In this document: piece by piece, positions 13,922 through 27,202 of the stretch
How the letters are laid out: each line of letters begins with the position of its first letter
Position numbering within the stretch: the first letter of the stretch is position 1
Source: Okamejei kenojei
Taxonomy: Eukaryota
Length of the DNA: 64,000 nucleotides
Assembly (NCBI GenBank): GCA_035221665.1
Contig: CM069148.1
Span: 40,052,001-40,116,000 of the forward strand
Direction: 5' to 3'
The notes under the pieces: model-generated
The model's input: only the letters and a program-made list of their open reading frames with translations
Databases searched by the model: none
What the model was told of the DNA's origin: nothing
Translations under genes and position numbers: made by a program

Positions 13922-14080
13922 AGGGCCTGTCCCACTTGGGCGTCATGCAGGTGGCGAGCAAAGATTTTGAGAATCCCAAAATCCTGGGGTGCCGCGCGCC
14001 ACTGCCTAAGCTGCCACGTCTCACCACGTGCACGTTTCGGGTAAATGACGCACAAATAACGCCCAAATGGGACAGGCCCT
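13922..14080. mobile_element. PIF/Harbinger-type MITE
   Basis: TIRs agggcctgtcccacttgggcg / cgcccaaatgggacaggccct; 3-bp flanks ttc/tta. Confidence 0.75.
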
Positions 14081-14139
14081 TTACTATCTAAGCAGTTTTA
14101 AACCTGCTCTACAAAATTCGTCAAATTGCTTTCGGAAAA

Positions 14140-14302
14140 CAAATTAACCAAAGTTCTTGCCTAACCCCGTGAATGGTAAAAGATTTAAGAAAACTACAGG
14201 ACCATTCTGATTCCACAGGTCTGATCCACAGAATCAGAAACCGATCCTGCAGTTAAATCTTTTACCATTCAAGGGGTTAGGCAGCAACTTAGTTTAAATT
14301 GT
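14140..14302. repeat. Long imperfect inverted repeat (hairpin), family unknown
   Basis: aagttcttgcctaaccccgtgaatggtaaaagatttaa pairs with ttaaatcttttaccattcaaggggttaggcagcaactt; inner ttctgattc pairs with gaatcagaa. Confidence 0.75.
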
Positions 14303-15429
14303 GGATGTGGGGCAGAGGGAATGTGGTGCACTGAAACTAAACATGTTTTCTGTATAGCCAGTAGTTGCCTAGTGCTTTCGGGAAGCCAGAAGACATGGAA
14401 ATGCATTATATAAATGCAGCTTTTTAAGCAGAATGTTACAGTTGCCTTATTCTTGCTCCAACTGGTATTACATATATTTAGGACTGCAATGAGGATCCAC
14501 CTGATCAAATTCCACATACAAGCCAGGAAAAGTAGGTCAAGAGCACCATTCCTCATCTTTTCCATACCAATGTGATTGGTGCTTTATTTCCTTTTGGGCA
14601 CATCCATTTCAGCAACATGATTCCTGTATAAACTGCAAGTTGTTATCTGTATTTGTAAGGTACTGTATAAATGAACTGACTTTTTCTCTTCTCTGTAAAC
14701 CCTTCCTGCTCTCTTATATTTTCTAGATTTTTAAATTTAAAGTTTAAGTCCACTTGCATTTAATTGTTTTTAATTTGGATGTTTTATATTTTGGCTAATA
14801 ATATCTGAAGTACATTTCTTTATACATACCAACTTTGTTGACATGGTTGTTTAGTGGTCCTCTGGTAATATTGCTCCATGTCAACCACTGCATATGTTGT
14901 CTAATTAAGTTGCCTTATTTGTAGTGTTATTGGTTTAATTTTCAATGTAGCAAAGTACATAATAGCTGACCCAGTTAGAACAGGAACACAAGGAGTACTT
15001 TAACAAGATTCTTTCCTCCACCCAGGTCCCTCTTTCCCTCACCTGCCAAATCTTCCCGTCACATGGTACATTGTGCCGTTAGTGCTCTTAGAAAATAAAA
15101 TTAGTTCACCCTGTCCTCACTATAGGTAGATAAACAACAACCTTGTTTGAGCATAATGAAAATCCAATTAGTAAAATTGTTATAAACTGTAGCATATGGT
15201 TTATCCTTTAATATGTTATACAGGTAATATGTTCACAATGAATCCACATCTGCAGTTCCTTCTTTAAAACTAAATCTCATTTTCACAGCTTTATGTTGAA
15301 ATTATGTAAATTGAATTATATCTGTACAGCTGGGTGGTTGTAGGGTATGTGCGCAGGGACACTGGTTGGGCGACCTCAATCACATTATGTAGTTTGTGTT
15401 TATAATGTAATGGTCAAACTGAACTTTCA

Positions 15430-15458
15430 AATAAAATGCAAATTATCATGTAAATAAA
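15430..15458 (+). terminator. Candidate distal polyadenylation signals of ARHGAP1
   Basis: Two AATAAA (15430-15435, 15453-15458) followed by a T-rich tract, ending a long U-rich stretch. A proximal AATAAA lies at 9438-9443. Confidence 0.4.
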
Positions 15459-16563
15459 CTTTGCAGGTTTTTTGCATCTGATCGAAGAACCAGTTGCACA
15501 TGTTTTTTTAACTCCATTAAATTAAACAACATTGAGAAGGAATCAGCTTAAAGTAACATTTCAAAGCGATCTGCTATGTGGCAGTATACTTGCCAGTGGA
15601 GAATCACTGAGGCTTGGGTAGTGGATCTAATGATTGTGTTTTTGTGACCTATTTATACACAAATCATTCTCCACACACCTCTGGTCTAACCATAGAACTA
15701 AAATTAGAAACCAAGGTATTGTATTGCTTTAAGCAGCTGACAGGCTCAAACTTGTTGTTTAGATTAGAAATGTATGGAAGGTGATGGATATAGAATTTAG
15801 GTATATCTACAAATGTGTTCCCTGTATGATTAAACTGCCTCATACTTAGCATTAAACCTCCTCAAATGCTCCTGTTGGCCACTGCTAAAACTACACTACC
15901 CCCTGGTTTCCTGGAGTCAGCAATATATATTTTTTGCCATCAGAAAGCATCAATGCTCGAAGGAAGCAATTCTGTGCCAGTGTTGCAACCAACCTGTATT
16001 GCATTGGAAAAACTAACAGATACCTCAAATTCTACCATATACGCTGCTAAGTAAATGTTCAAATCAAACTGCACATAAGACAGGCAGAAAAGAAAACGGA
16101 ATATCAAAGTTCAGGAATTCAAAATAATAGAATTATGAAAACATAAACCCAGAAGGCCAATCACTCCATTCTATCACTGTCCATCTTATTCTATGAGAGA
16201 ACTATTCAATTCCACATCATTGCTAAAAATTTTGGAAGAGAAGAATCAACAACTCAAAAGCAGTGGAAAGAGCTAAAGAAAGGATACATAAATGACAATG
16301 CTAGCAGCACAGGAGACTATCCATATTGATTTGACTGAACATAAACATAGTTTGCATTTGAACCATAAAATCCCAGGAATCGGAAGTGAGGCAACTTTTT
16401 TTTGTGGAACATTCACCATCCTTTCAATATTCCTAGTGCACAGTAGAAAACCTGCGGTGCAATCCCACCGTCATCACAGTAGTGGGGGAAGCAATTACTC
16501 CAAAACAATTACAATTGTAAACAAAGGTGCCGAAGCTGTGCTGGATTGTAATTTCCAGTAAAA

Positions 16564-16569
16564 TTTATT
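16564..16569 (-). terminator. Candidate polyadenylation signal for a minus-strand transcript
   Basis: AATAAA on - strand, preceded in transcript sense by U-rich, UTR-like sequence at 16570-18100. Confidence 0.4.
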
Positions 16570-19130
16570 TTGGCCACCATTTCCTCAGGAAAAAAAACAT
16601 GAAAAAAGAAACAAACCAGAATTTGTCATCCTAAAAAATATTTCTGCTGGTTCAGACTTGCATCATACAAAAGACATGGTCAAAACAGTCCAAAAAGCAT
16701 TGTGTACAATCTTTACTTAGCAAAGAATAAAATAAATACATTGTTCCAAAAGATTTCAGATGCATCAAGATTTTTGTCCTTTTTTGTTTTTAACTACAGC
16801 TAATATCTAGATACATCACAAATTAAAAATCACAATGGCTTTGAAACCAAGGGGAGAAGTGAGTAAATAAAACTTTTAAACTGCTAGAATGAAAATTATT
16901 TAGCACAGGATCTTGGACAAACAATATTAAAAAACATTTACAATAAAAAAAGCCTGTTGAGTTTGCAGTTTTCTATCAAACCAACTTGGGGGGGGGGGAA
17001 TAAACCTATACAATTTCAAAAAACTCAACACCACTATCTTACAATAAAATAAAACACTGATATTGAACCAGTGTAATTATATTTTACACAAACTGCAGCA
17101 CATTCACACAGTTGTAGTGTTTGCTTTGCCCTCATAGACTATTATGTGGTGACACTTTGTTTAATCATCTGCATTAAATCTGGAAGCATCGGGCAAATAA
17201 ACAATCATTTTTGCTCATATTGTTTTCCTGTTTCATTTTGATTACTTTCCCCTCTATATTAACACAATAATGCAAAAGTACTGTGCGTGAGGTAAGAGAC
17301 TTTGTTTTTAAACAAACACAATGTAAACAGTTAATACCCTTTGTCGGGGATTGCTATCCATAAAATCATTCTCAATCTGCTGCTTGAAGGATAATCAACT
17401 CTTAAAAATGCTGCCAGCGATTCCTACCATCGTTTGAAACCTCCATAATTAAAAATTAATTCACCCAATGTGATATTTTGTTGAGAAGGTATTATTCGAC
17501 TCTGCCAAATAAGTTTAAACAAAAATCTCAATTCATGCGAATTATTTTTCAGTCAGAGATCACTGGGGTACCTTATTACAACAAAGACAATTAGTTGGCT
17601 GTTTGGTTTAGCAAACAGGATGGATTGCCACATTAGTTAAGGTCACTATCAACATATTTAGTCATCCAAACAAATGTTCCATAAATCATGGTTTCCCTCT
17701 CGCAGCCCACTGCCACCAGAGACCAGGTCAATGATCAAACCCTGGAATATGCCCAAAAGCCAGGAGTTCAGGTTGGGTTGGATGAACTCATTCCAGATTA
17801 GTGTATTAAAATACACGCTTGATAGGAAGAATGAGAGAAAAAAAACCATGGTTTGTGTTTCCATTGTCTTATGATTTTTTTTAAAATCAGGCTTGTTTTC
17901 CGGGATAAAGGTTGCTCCAGTATATATGCATATACTATCAAGTTTATATGTATAGCAAAATCAGCATCCCCTAGATCATGCAGAGAGATGGCAATTGTGG
18001 AACATTATCCTCAATAAATTCAGCATCGGAAGCAAACAAAATGCAGGAGTTTTTTTTGTTTAATTAAGTTGTGGACTGTGGTGATAGGTTAGTTAGTTTA
18101 TTTGAAGTATTTGTTCAATTGTTCTTCTGCAGGCTGGGAATTACTTCTCTGTAACGATTGTATTCTAAATAAGTTCAAACAGGAAAAACAATGGTGAAAA
18201 GTAACTCCAACTGACCATAAAAATGTAACTAATTAATTTAGTAGTTTAGAGTACATTTTCTTTTCAGTTAAATTGCAAAGCCTTTTGTTTATTTCAGAAT
18301 CTACAGAGAGCCCCTGTGAGGTTGTTTCAGGCTGCACAAATCAGAAGCTGAATGCCAGCAGAAGCAAAATTAAATGTCCCCCCATGAAGCATAATCTATC
18401 AAAAGTGGATGGAAAAATACCTAATAACAAAATAATTTAAATTGGAAAAATGTATAATGTACCTTTTGCTTTCTTCTCACTCTTTATAGTAAACAGATGT
18501 AATACTGATGCTGGTTTCATCTCAATTCCAGTCTATAGAACTTCACTTGCTGCCACATTCACACTCTATGTTTACAAATTTAAGATTATCAATAAGTACG
18601 GAGCAGGCAATGCGACAATGTACCTAGATCTCTGACAATAACAGTCATTCACATTTAATATACTATTGATTTCGCTCAGTGCAGTACTGGTTTCTGTCCT
18701 GCCAAGCTCAAACACACACGAGAATGATTTGTTTATTCACGTTCACTTTGGTAACTACACCATTAACTTTTCAGAGCATTAGCCATTAACACGGTTGGCT
18801 GTGTGCTATCAGCTTTTAAAACTTTTTCTACAAGTTTAAAATCACATCGTATCCTTTAAAATACTGCTTAAATGGAACACAGTATCCAGTGTTATTTTTC
18901 TGCCAGAGAACTTCCACTGGTATCACACCTTACCCAAATCTGTATCAAGTGAGTTCAGCAAACAAGGACTGGAAGTTTTCACTTTGGTTCTTGATGAATG
19001 AACAGGTTAATAATATCACCTCTGCACAATATCTCACTCTGCTCTGCATCAGGCAAAAAGACAGACAGGAATCAGACTCTCCTGCCTCCCAATATGCCAT
19101 GTTCTGCTACATCACAGGATCTGTGGTATG

Positions 19131-19332
19131 TATAGGAAGGAAATGCAGATGCTGGTTAAAACCGAAGATAGACACAAAAAGCTGGAGTAACTCAGCGAGT
19201 CAGACACCATCTCTGGAGAAAAGGAATATGTGACATTTCTGGTCTGAAGAAGGGTGAAGACCCGAAACGTCACCCATTCCCTTTCTCCAGAGAAGCTGTC
19301 TGACCCGGTGAGATACTCCAGCTTTTTGTATC
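19131..19332. mobile_element. Penelope-derived foldback insert with hammerhead motif
   Basis: Inverted arms around ctgaagaagggtgaagacccgaaacgtc (19244-19271). TSD gatctgtg(g/a)tatg at 19118-19130 and 19333-19345. Confidence 0.8.
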
Positions 19333-20821
19333 GATCTGTGATATGCCTGATGACCTGACAACTGCCAGAATTCTGCCAAGTGGAATGAATCATTAAAAAT
19401 TAGTATGTTTGAGTGGGATCTCACAGATGTAACCACAGTGCTTCTAATACTAGAAAATCACATCATGACTACAGAACTATTCATTTCCACATTCAGGTTG
19501 AAGACCTCCTGAATACTTCATTTAAAAGCCACGCATAATGCCAATTCTTGAAGTGATTTCACAGAAGTATCTAAATATGATACTACGGATAAGATAAACA
19601 AAATAGTATTAAAGTAGTTAACAAAAGTAACAACTACTGCTATGAAATTAATTGCATAATTATATTTTTATTACTGCTCTTACAGTTCTCTAAATAATGA
19701 AGATTCACATACCAGTTTAACTTTCAGTGACTTGCTTTTTCTGTTTTTTATAATTATAATAATTTATAGTAGTGAAACAAACACGCAAAATAAGAGACAT
19801 CAATGTAGGCTTGATATCTCATAAGTTTCCTTTTAAGGCTATACCTGCAGTCAATGTTATGAAGAGCCCTTAGCTAGAGCAGATTACTGATCCAGGCACA
19901 TGGCTTACATCGGACAAAGTCTGTCAAAAGGTCATCTGAAGCCAGCAAAAATGAAAACTGGTTCCAGGTGTTTAGCATGGGCATAATTGGACAGAATCAA
20001 TTTGTCATTGATGATACAGTTCACATTTCGCAGCTAAATTATCCATATCTTCATGGGAAGAAGTTGCACATTTTTCCACATTTCCTGTTCCTGCTCCCCA
20101 CTATTAGTCTGTCACATGACAAGCTGTCAAATAATCTTTAGAAAGTGGACTAAAACACCCACCGTTCTGTGTGTTTGGTAGGTGTCATTTTCGTTTGTAT
20201 CTGATTGGGCCTTTAGCAAAATTAAAATTAAGGACAGGTCAGTTGTGCCTCCAACATGTGCAGAATGGCAAGAGGAATTAAAGGGGATGAGGTTGGAGAA
20301 TGAGGAGTTAGTGAAAGGAAAACATTTTATTCTTTATTAATTAGGTTGGAGGGAGTAGGGATATTAATGCATCTTCCAGCCAGCCAGTGAGATGGTCTGG
20401 TAATAGGCCAGTTACCTGTCTTCGGTTCTGAGGCAACAACCTGTGCATAAAAATAAGGGCCTAGAAAATGCTTGACATGTAAATGTTCCACACCATTCTG
20501 CACATGATGAAATATAGAATGACACTGATTCTCAAAAAGTTATATATGAATTAAAAATAGTAGTCAGAAATAACTGGTACCAACAGCTTCACATGTTGCA
20601 TCCTCAGATCACTTTAGCTGAAACCACTTGAGGCTTTCCTGAATTCAGGACAGAAAGCAAAGATCTTCTTAGCCAAACTATGTGAAAGAGAAGGTTATTG
20701 AGAGTGGAACGTTTATGGCAGATGGCGGTATTTCTTGAGGCTCATTTTCACATCCTTCATTCAAAATGTTTACCATCGTAAAATTGCTAAGTCTGTGTTA
20801 TCCCACTTTCGTATCCACTCG

Positions 20822-21025
20822 CTACACACTTGGGGCAATTTATAGTGGCCAAAGGTTATACAAACCCGCACATCTTTGAGATGTGGGGGGAAACCAGAGC
20901 ACCCAGAGAAACCCATGCGGTCACAGGGAGAACATGCAAACTTCACACATACAATAAGTTGAGGATCGAACCGGAGTCTCTAGCACTGTGAGCGAGCATC
21001 GCTACCAGCTGCGCCACTGTGCTGC
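20822..21025 (-). mobile_element. V-SINE (HE1-like, tRNA-derived head)
   Basis: Minus strand reads gcacagtggcgcagctggtagcg (A box)...ccggttcgatcc (B box)...gtttgcatgttctccctgtgaccgcatgggtttctc (V-domain-like). Confidence 0.75.
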
Positions 21026-24000
21026 TCTTTCTTTAGGACGTTATTGTTGGTTGCAATGCATTCTTAAAATGAAGACAAGATTGTTCAACATTTTGGAGAC
21101 AAGAGTTAATTCCAATCACTCTACAATTGGATGATAATTTAATCCAATTGAAAATCCTAAGATTGAAGCAGCATAGTTCATGACGAATGGCTTTGCAAGA
21201 AAAGCATTTTTGATCTGTTTTAAGTATTTGAATTTCTGCAAATTAAATCTGAAAGGCCAAACAACTTGGTGATAACATCAATTGAATATAGCTAATTTGT
21301 AACAATGAGCCATGTCACTTCATATTCCTCTAACTTTACTAAAGTATTATCTTTAAAATAATAATGAACGATGAATTTAACAGGGTTCTTGTTATTTAAG
21401 TTAAAAAATATATTACACAGGCAGTGTGCTACGCCAACACTCACCTTTATTCCCTTATTCTTAATGAAGAGATTGATTTGCATATTCCAGTTTAATAATA
21501 GGGGCACAATCACATATTTCTCTGCTAAAATCTGACAGAAGCAGCAATGTTTGATGTAACATAGTTTGTTGGACTGATCCAGTAATAGTTCTATGTGGTA
21601 CTAGCTTCCGAGGATATAAACACCATCAGAAATAAACATATCTCTCAGATCATCTGATCTGAAATAAATCTGATGCAACATCACAGTTTTGAGAGGCTCG
21701 GTAATGTGTAGGCAAAGTGAAGAGACATTTTGCATAATTAAAATCCAGCTTTGTAAGAGAAACGAGAAGAGTTATTATTTTCTAAAGTTAGTCACAACTT
21801 ACAGGAAGCAGGGTTAGTTTCTCTCAGGGAATGATTTCAAGTCCAAGGCTAGACAGTGAGTGTTAATCAATTGTAAAAAGGAATCCCATTCCTCACGTAA
21901 CATTAATAGCTACTAAATAATGATCAGCATCAGGATCCCAGGGCAACTCAGAAGTATTCACGTAACTGGAACATTCCCAATCAGCCCACGAGTGTTCAGA
22001 TTTCTGGGTTTAACTCTATCTCTGGTTTTGCTTGTTTCCAATAAGGCCAAAGCAGCAAGAACAGCAACATCTTGTTTTGTACCCATTCAGATTAAATGGA
22101 ATTAGAATAATGTCTTTAAGCTTTCTTGAAAATAAAAGTTTCAGGAAATCACCAAGACTAGATGGCACAAACCATAGCAAATGGGGGCAATTTATTGATG
22201 CTCATCTTGAGGGTTTTTTAAAAAATTGCACGAGCTTGTAATCTACTAGTTACAACTGCCTCTCAATGTTAAAATTACAGCAGACATAAAACATGCAGGG
22301 CATTTATAATTATTCGACCTCTGCATTGTAAGTAGTACTGGGCAAACATGATTGAACATTAGCGTTTTGCCTTCAATATAATAATTACTTCCTATCACTT
22401 GCTAAATTAACAAAACGTATTTGACTATGTCATTAGAGCAGAAAATGCTGGAAATACTGAGGTACGACTACCTGAGTTTTTTGATTTTATTTCAGATTTC
22501 CAGCATCTGCAGTTGTTTTTTATTTTCATCTACTCACTTTGCTCTTTCATTGTATGATAATCATAATCTACATTTAACTGAACTACCCCCCAAATCCCAT
22601 CCTGGACTCAAACTGAATGTTTTCAGTTTGAGACCTGTCCCGGCGCTTGTATTCCATTCCATGAGCTAAGAAGTGGATCACAGGTGGGCAGGAATGAAGC
22701 AACTCAGGAAAGCAGCATATTGAGAATGGACCCAAAAGAATATGAAAGTATCTTAGGTTTGTTTATATATACACTGTACAAGCCCCGTAATACCACTCAT
22801 TAGAAGGTTAATAGAGGTTTACATATACTGAGTTGAACACTTTCTTTACGAACGCTTTTATAATTCAGCAAACTGCACTAAAGTTATAGAAATGTTCATA
22901 TTTTTCTCAGTGTTTGAAGTTTCACACACACAGGCAGAGTGTGTGTGTTTAACATCAGTGTTGATGTCAAAACAAAATAAAGCTCCCAAACTTGAACAAC
23001 CACAAATACATACATTTTTACAGTCTATTTTTGCTAACTTTGTTGGCGCTTTTCTGAGGAATTGTTGCAAAAAGAGTCCCCAATTCCCCAAATGTACTTT
23101 TAAACTATGGACATTGTACAACAAGATGGAGCTTTAATATACGAGCCTGAACGAGCCTCCAGAAAACCCTTTTAAAATGTGTGCAGGTGCCTCAAGATTT
23201 CATTAAAAACAGGGAACTTGTCAGTCAGGGAAATCCTGTTGATTATCATTGTAACACCACGTGAAACAATCCAAATAGTTTTTGTGTTCACATTATTTTT
23301 TATATATTACACTTAATCCTGACTCACCTACGTACCATACTTCATTCCAGTCTTCAACAATGCAAATTACCAGCAGAGATTATTGGTTAAACTTTCCACT
23401 GCCTATCTGCGTAGGTAATACAGATTTGGGTAGGGGTTGGTCCACAGATCAAATATTCCAATCCTAAGAGAACTATATCCACCTGGGTCTGATCAAAGAG
23501 CTGATTTGGGGTATGGTGCACTCCAGACACGACTTGCCAAATTTGTTTTGGTCAGGCTGACTTTGCCAAAATGTCTATGTAAAGTCTTTGTTTGGCCTGT
23601 TTTAAACCAGGATTAGAAGAATGGCATCAATGTTCCTACAAAATAAAAATAATGTTGCGTTTACTAAAGTGACAATAATATTTGCGATGGCCTCAGCTAT
23701 TAACAATTGTCTCACATACCACTGACGGATTTTTTTGTTGTTAATTGAGAAGGTCATATTTCAACCCCCAGTGTCAGTGCAATAAAATGGGCAAATTCTA
23801 TCCACAAAATACAGTCATTTTAACCTTATAGATACATATTTCTGTTACAAAGCCAAATACAAGTTCAGTATTTAAGGAGTAAATATCTATTCTCCCTTGC
23901 AGCTGCAACTTGCATATGAAAGAGCTGAGACAGTGAGGGACAGTACACAGATACTGGGAAGAGGCAACTACTAGAACCACAAACCCCACAGTTTATCCTG

Positions 24001-25277
24001 CTCTCAAGAATGGTACCCATCTCTTGGGCCATTCCTTCACCGTTAAACATAATTGTGGGCAATTACATCTTACTTGTGACCTCAGAGAATGAACTTAAAT
24101 ACACTTCAAAAGTATTCTTCACAAAGTTTATCCCTGGAGATGTTTGCAATTCATTCCCATTTATATTAACTGGAGTGCCACAAGGGAAATTTACTAAATG
24201 AAAAATAAATTTAAAGTGAAAGGATTTACAGGAAAAATATGTATTCAACACCATGTACCTCATCACTAATTTGTAGTAGATTTGTATCTCTTTTATCCCA
24301 CCTCCCCAAAGGTTGTTTGTGGTACCATGGTCCTAGTTTGCGCTCATTCTTTATATACTTCCCTCGTGAAGGGCTTTTGGCAGATTGCTTGACCAGGAGA
24401 GCATCACTGGAAAAAAAATGTTGGATGATTAGGATCCTGAGGCCACAAGGAACAAGAGAGATCACAGCCATGTAACTCTACAACCAGTAGTTGCAGCAAC
24501 GGTTCCACTTTAGGTGCACTATTGAGATTAACGATAATCTATTGCATTCAGCTGGAAAGATATGGAATGCGAGAAAACCAAATATCTGGTATTTTTAAAA
24601 GCCTGTTCTTTCATGATTAGTATCAACATTACAATAATTTCCAATGGAACGTGCTGGCAAGCAAGTCGAACAGCAAATTATAAATTAGCAGCATAGACTC
24701 AACAGTGGTTAGGGAAGTGATCTCATATTCATTTGTTCAGTGTTTGCATGAGTACTTGAACATTTGTGTTTTTGATTACAATGTTGCGAAGGCATGTTGC
24801 AAACGCTTCCCCATCAATATTATTATTTCACTTGGTAGATATTTGTTAAATAAATATATATTTGTAAAGTACACATTTTTTCCTTGAATACCTGCGATGT
24901 GGCTGGTAAAAGAATCAGAAGGGCACGGGGGAAAGTATATCACAAGAAATATTTGGGGATTGGTTCTGTTGGAATGCTCTGAGAGTCGGCATAGAATCCA
25001 AAGAACGAAGGGCATGTCATCAGAATCCAGGTCATCAGAAAAAATGAGGCCAAGGACTGTGATTCAAATATTTAGACAATTAATTATAGGATTGTTATAA
25101 GAATTAATGAGGCTTTCAATTTAGAATAATTTTACAGAATGATAGTGTTAAGCAAATGTAATCAAGGAAATTGCCTAACACCAGGGAAGACACCCAACAA
25201 CTGGTGATGTCTGTGAATTGCAGACGTCAAGCAGCCATTGCATGCAAAGGATATGCAACAAAATACTAAACATATCT

Positions 25278-25511
25278 ACTTTCATTTACATGACATTGCT
25301 GTGCTCCAAACATTATGGTGCCCTGAAATGGGGGGACTATTTAATTTCTACATGGTGAAACCAAAATGTATAAAAATGGCCTTTATTAAAATCTGATAAT
25401 GTGCACTTTAGCCACATGTGATTTTTTTCCTGTTACAAATATCAAATTGTGGAGTACAGAGGCAAATAAATAAATTATGGGCCTTTGACCCAAACATTAT
25501 GGAGGGCACTG
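25278..25511. mobile_element. Solo terminal repeat of the same Tc1 family as 12904-13766
   Basis: Reverse complement of ~12904-13150; ends ...ggagggcactg|TA. Confidence 0.85.
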
Positions 25512-26361
25512 TATATTGAATAGTTTGTCAATGCTCTGCAAATAATGTTTTAGAATGTGTTTTAATACACTTGGAAAATTCTGTACAGGCCTAATTTCCA
25601 TTTCACAAATTGGAGACACCCGCAAAAACACAAAAGAGATTTACAAAGATGCTCACTGAAATTATGGTTTAAAGCAACAGAAAGAATTGCAAAGGATTGG
25701 GGACATTTCACGATGGGGGTGAAGTATGACCCAAAAAACATCTTTCGAGTTTTGAAGGAGTTTGATAGATGGGGAGAAAATGATTCCATTAGTGAAAATA
25801 TTCCAGACTAATGACAATATAAAAATTATTAGAATTTAAAAAAGCTTTCTTTTGAATATTTTAATAATAGTGTAATTAAAATGTGGAATTTGCTACCACA
25901 TGGAGTTAATAGCAGTGATAGATTTAAGGCAAAATTAGCAAAGTGCTTTAAGGAGAATGGTTTCAAAAGAAATGCTGAGAAAGTATGATGATATTAGGTG
26001 GGAGGGAGCTATCTTAGAGAAAGAGCACCAGCACCGATCAACTTGGTAAAAAAACATGTTGATATGTGAAATTGAAGTAATGGATTAAAAGATGGGTAAG
26101 ACAAATAATCCCACTTCTACATATTTGCCCAATGGAGCATGGATGCAATGGGATGTAGATTTGGTGGATTATAATGCAGTCAGCAAATTCTGGATATCAG
26201 CAGGTGTACTGGTTTCTAAATAGAGCATATGGTTCTGTATGCTATCATTGTTAAAAACTTACGATAACTTACAAAAAGCTGATAGACACTAGGCATTATA
26301 TGGAGAAAATAACGATCATTAACCACCCAATAATTTTCAACTCCTGCAAAACTATTGGTAG

Positions 26362-26497
26362 ATAGCCACAAATGTGTAGGATGGGGCTGCAGATGCTGGT
26401 TTAAACCGTAGACACAAAAAGCTGGAGTAGCTCAGCAGGACAGGCAGCATCTCTGGAGAGAAGAAATGGGTGACATTGTGGGTCGAGACCCTTCTTC
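26362..26497 (-). mobile_element. Penelope-derived short insert
   Basis: gctggagtagctcagcaggacaggcagcatct...gggtcgagacccttcttc. 13-bp TSD aaactattggtag at 26349-26361 and 26498-26510. Confidence 0.8.
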
Positions 26498-26881
26498 AAA
26501 CTATTGGTAGCTTTGGCCAAGTGCTCAGGACAACATACTTGCTTGTTACAGTGTGAGAGATATAACCTATCATCACAATGTAGACTCTTTGGGACAATGA
26601 ACAAATACATCCATGCATTCTTTGGATGGGGGCAATGGTGAAAGATACAGACAACTGGATTTATTGCAGATTAACTTCCCCAAGTGTCAAAACGTAGTTA
26701 CATTATGTGCAGGTTCTACTCAAGAAGCCAAGTCTAAGCCAGACCGCCTTAAATGCATTTTTATAAAAGAAAATAACATTATATTTAGATGGTCTCAATT
26801 ACTGCCGACAAAATTACCTGATAATGTCACATTCACAAAACATGGGGCAAACATCAATTTCAAAATAATTCTGAAGTATTA

Positions 26882-27202
26882 AAGCCCTGTCCCACGGTAC
26901 GAGTCCATTCCAAGAGTTCTCCCGAGTTTGCCCTGATTCGAACTCGGAGATTTACGGTAATGGCCACTCGTCGGTGCTCGGGGCTCTCGTGGACATTTTT
27001 CATCATGTTGAAAAATCTTCACGAGTCTTCCCGTGCTTACCCGCCGTTAGTGAGTCTTCTCGAGTACCTGCCATTAGTGCGAAGAGACGTCCCCGAGCTC
27101 CGACGTACCCGCTACGTTCATTCTCCGTGCTTACCACGAGTTAGATTTTTTTTAAACTCGGGAGAGCTCTTGGAATTAACTTGTACCCGTGGGACATGGC
27201 TA
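26882..27202. mobile_element. PIF/Harbinger-type MITE
   Basis: TIRs aagccctgtcccacggtacgag / cttgtacccgtgggacatggcta; TTA on both flanks; CpG-rich, so probably young. Confidence 0.75.

Noticed and set aside
20960-21025. tRNA gene
   Set aside because: The A and B boxes belong to a SINE head; no full cloverleaf. The same applies at 41573.
23482-23635. Possible minus-strand coding exon (tttattttgtAG acceptor near 23636)
   Set aside because: Stops in all three frames and a weak donor. It could only be non-coding and is unsupported.
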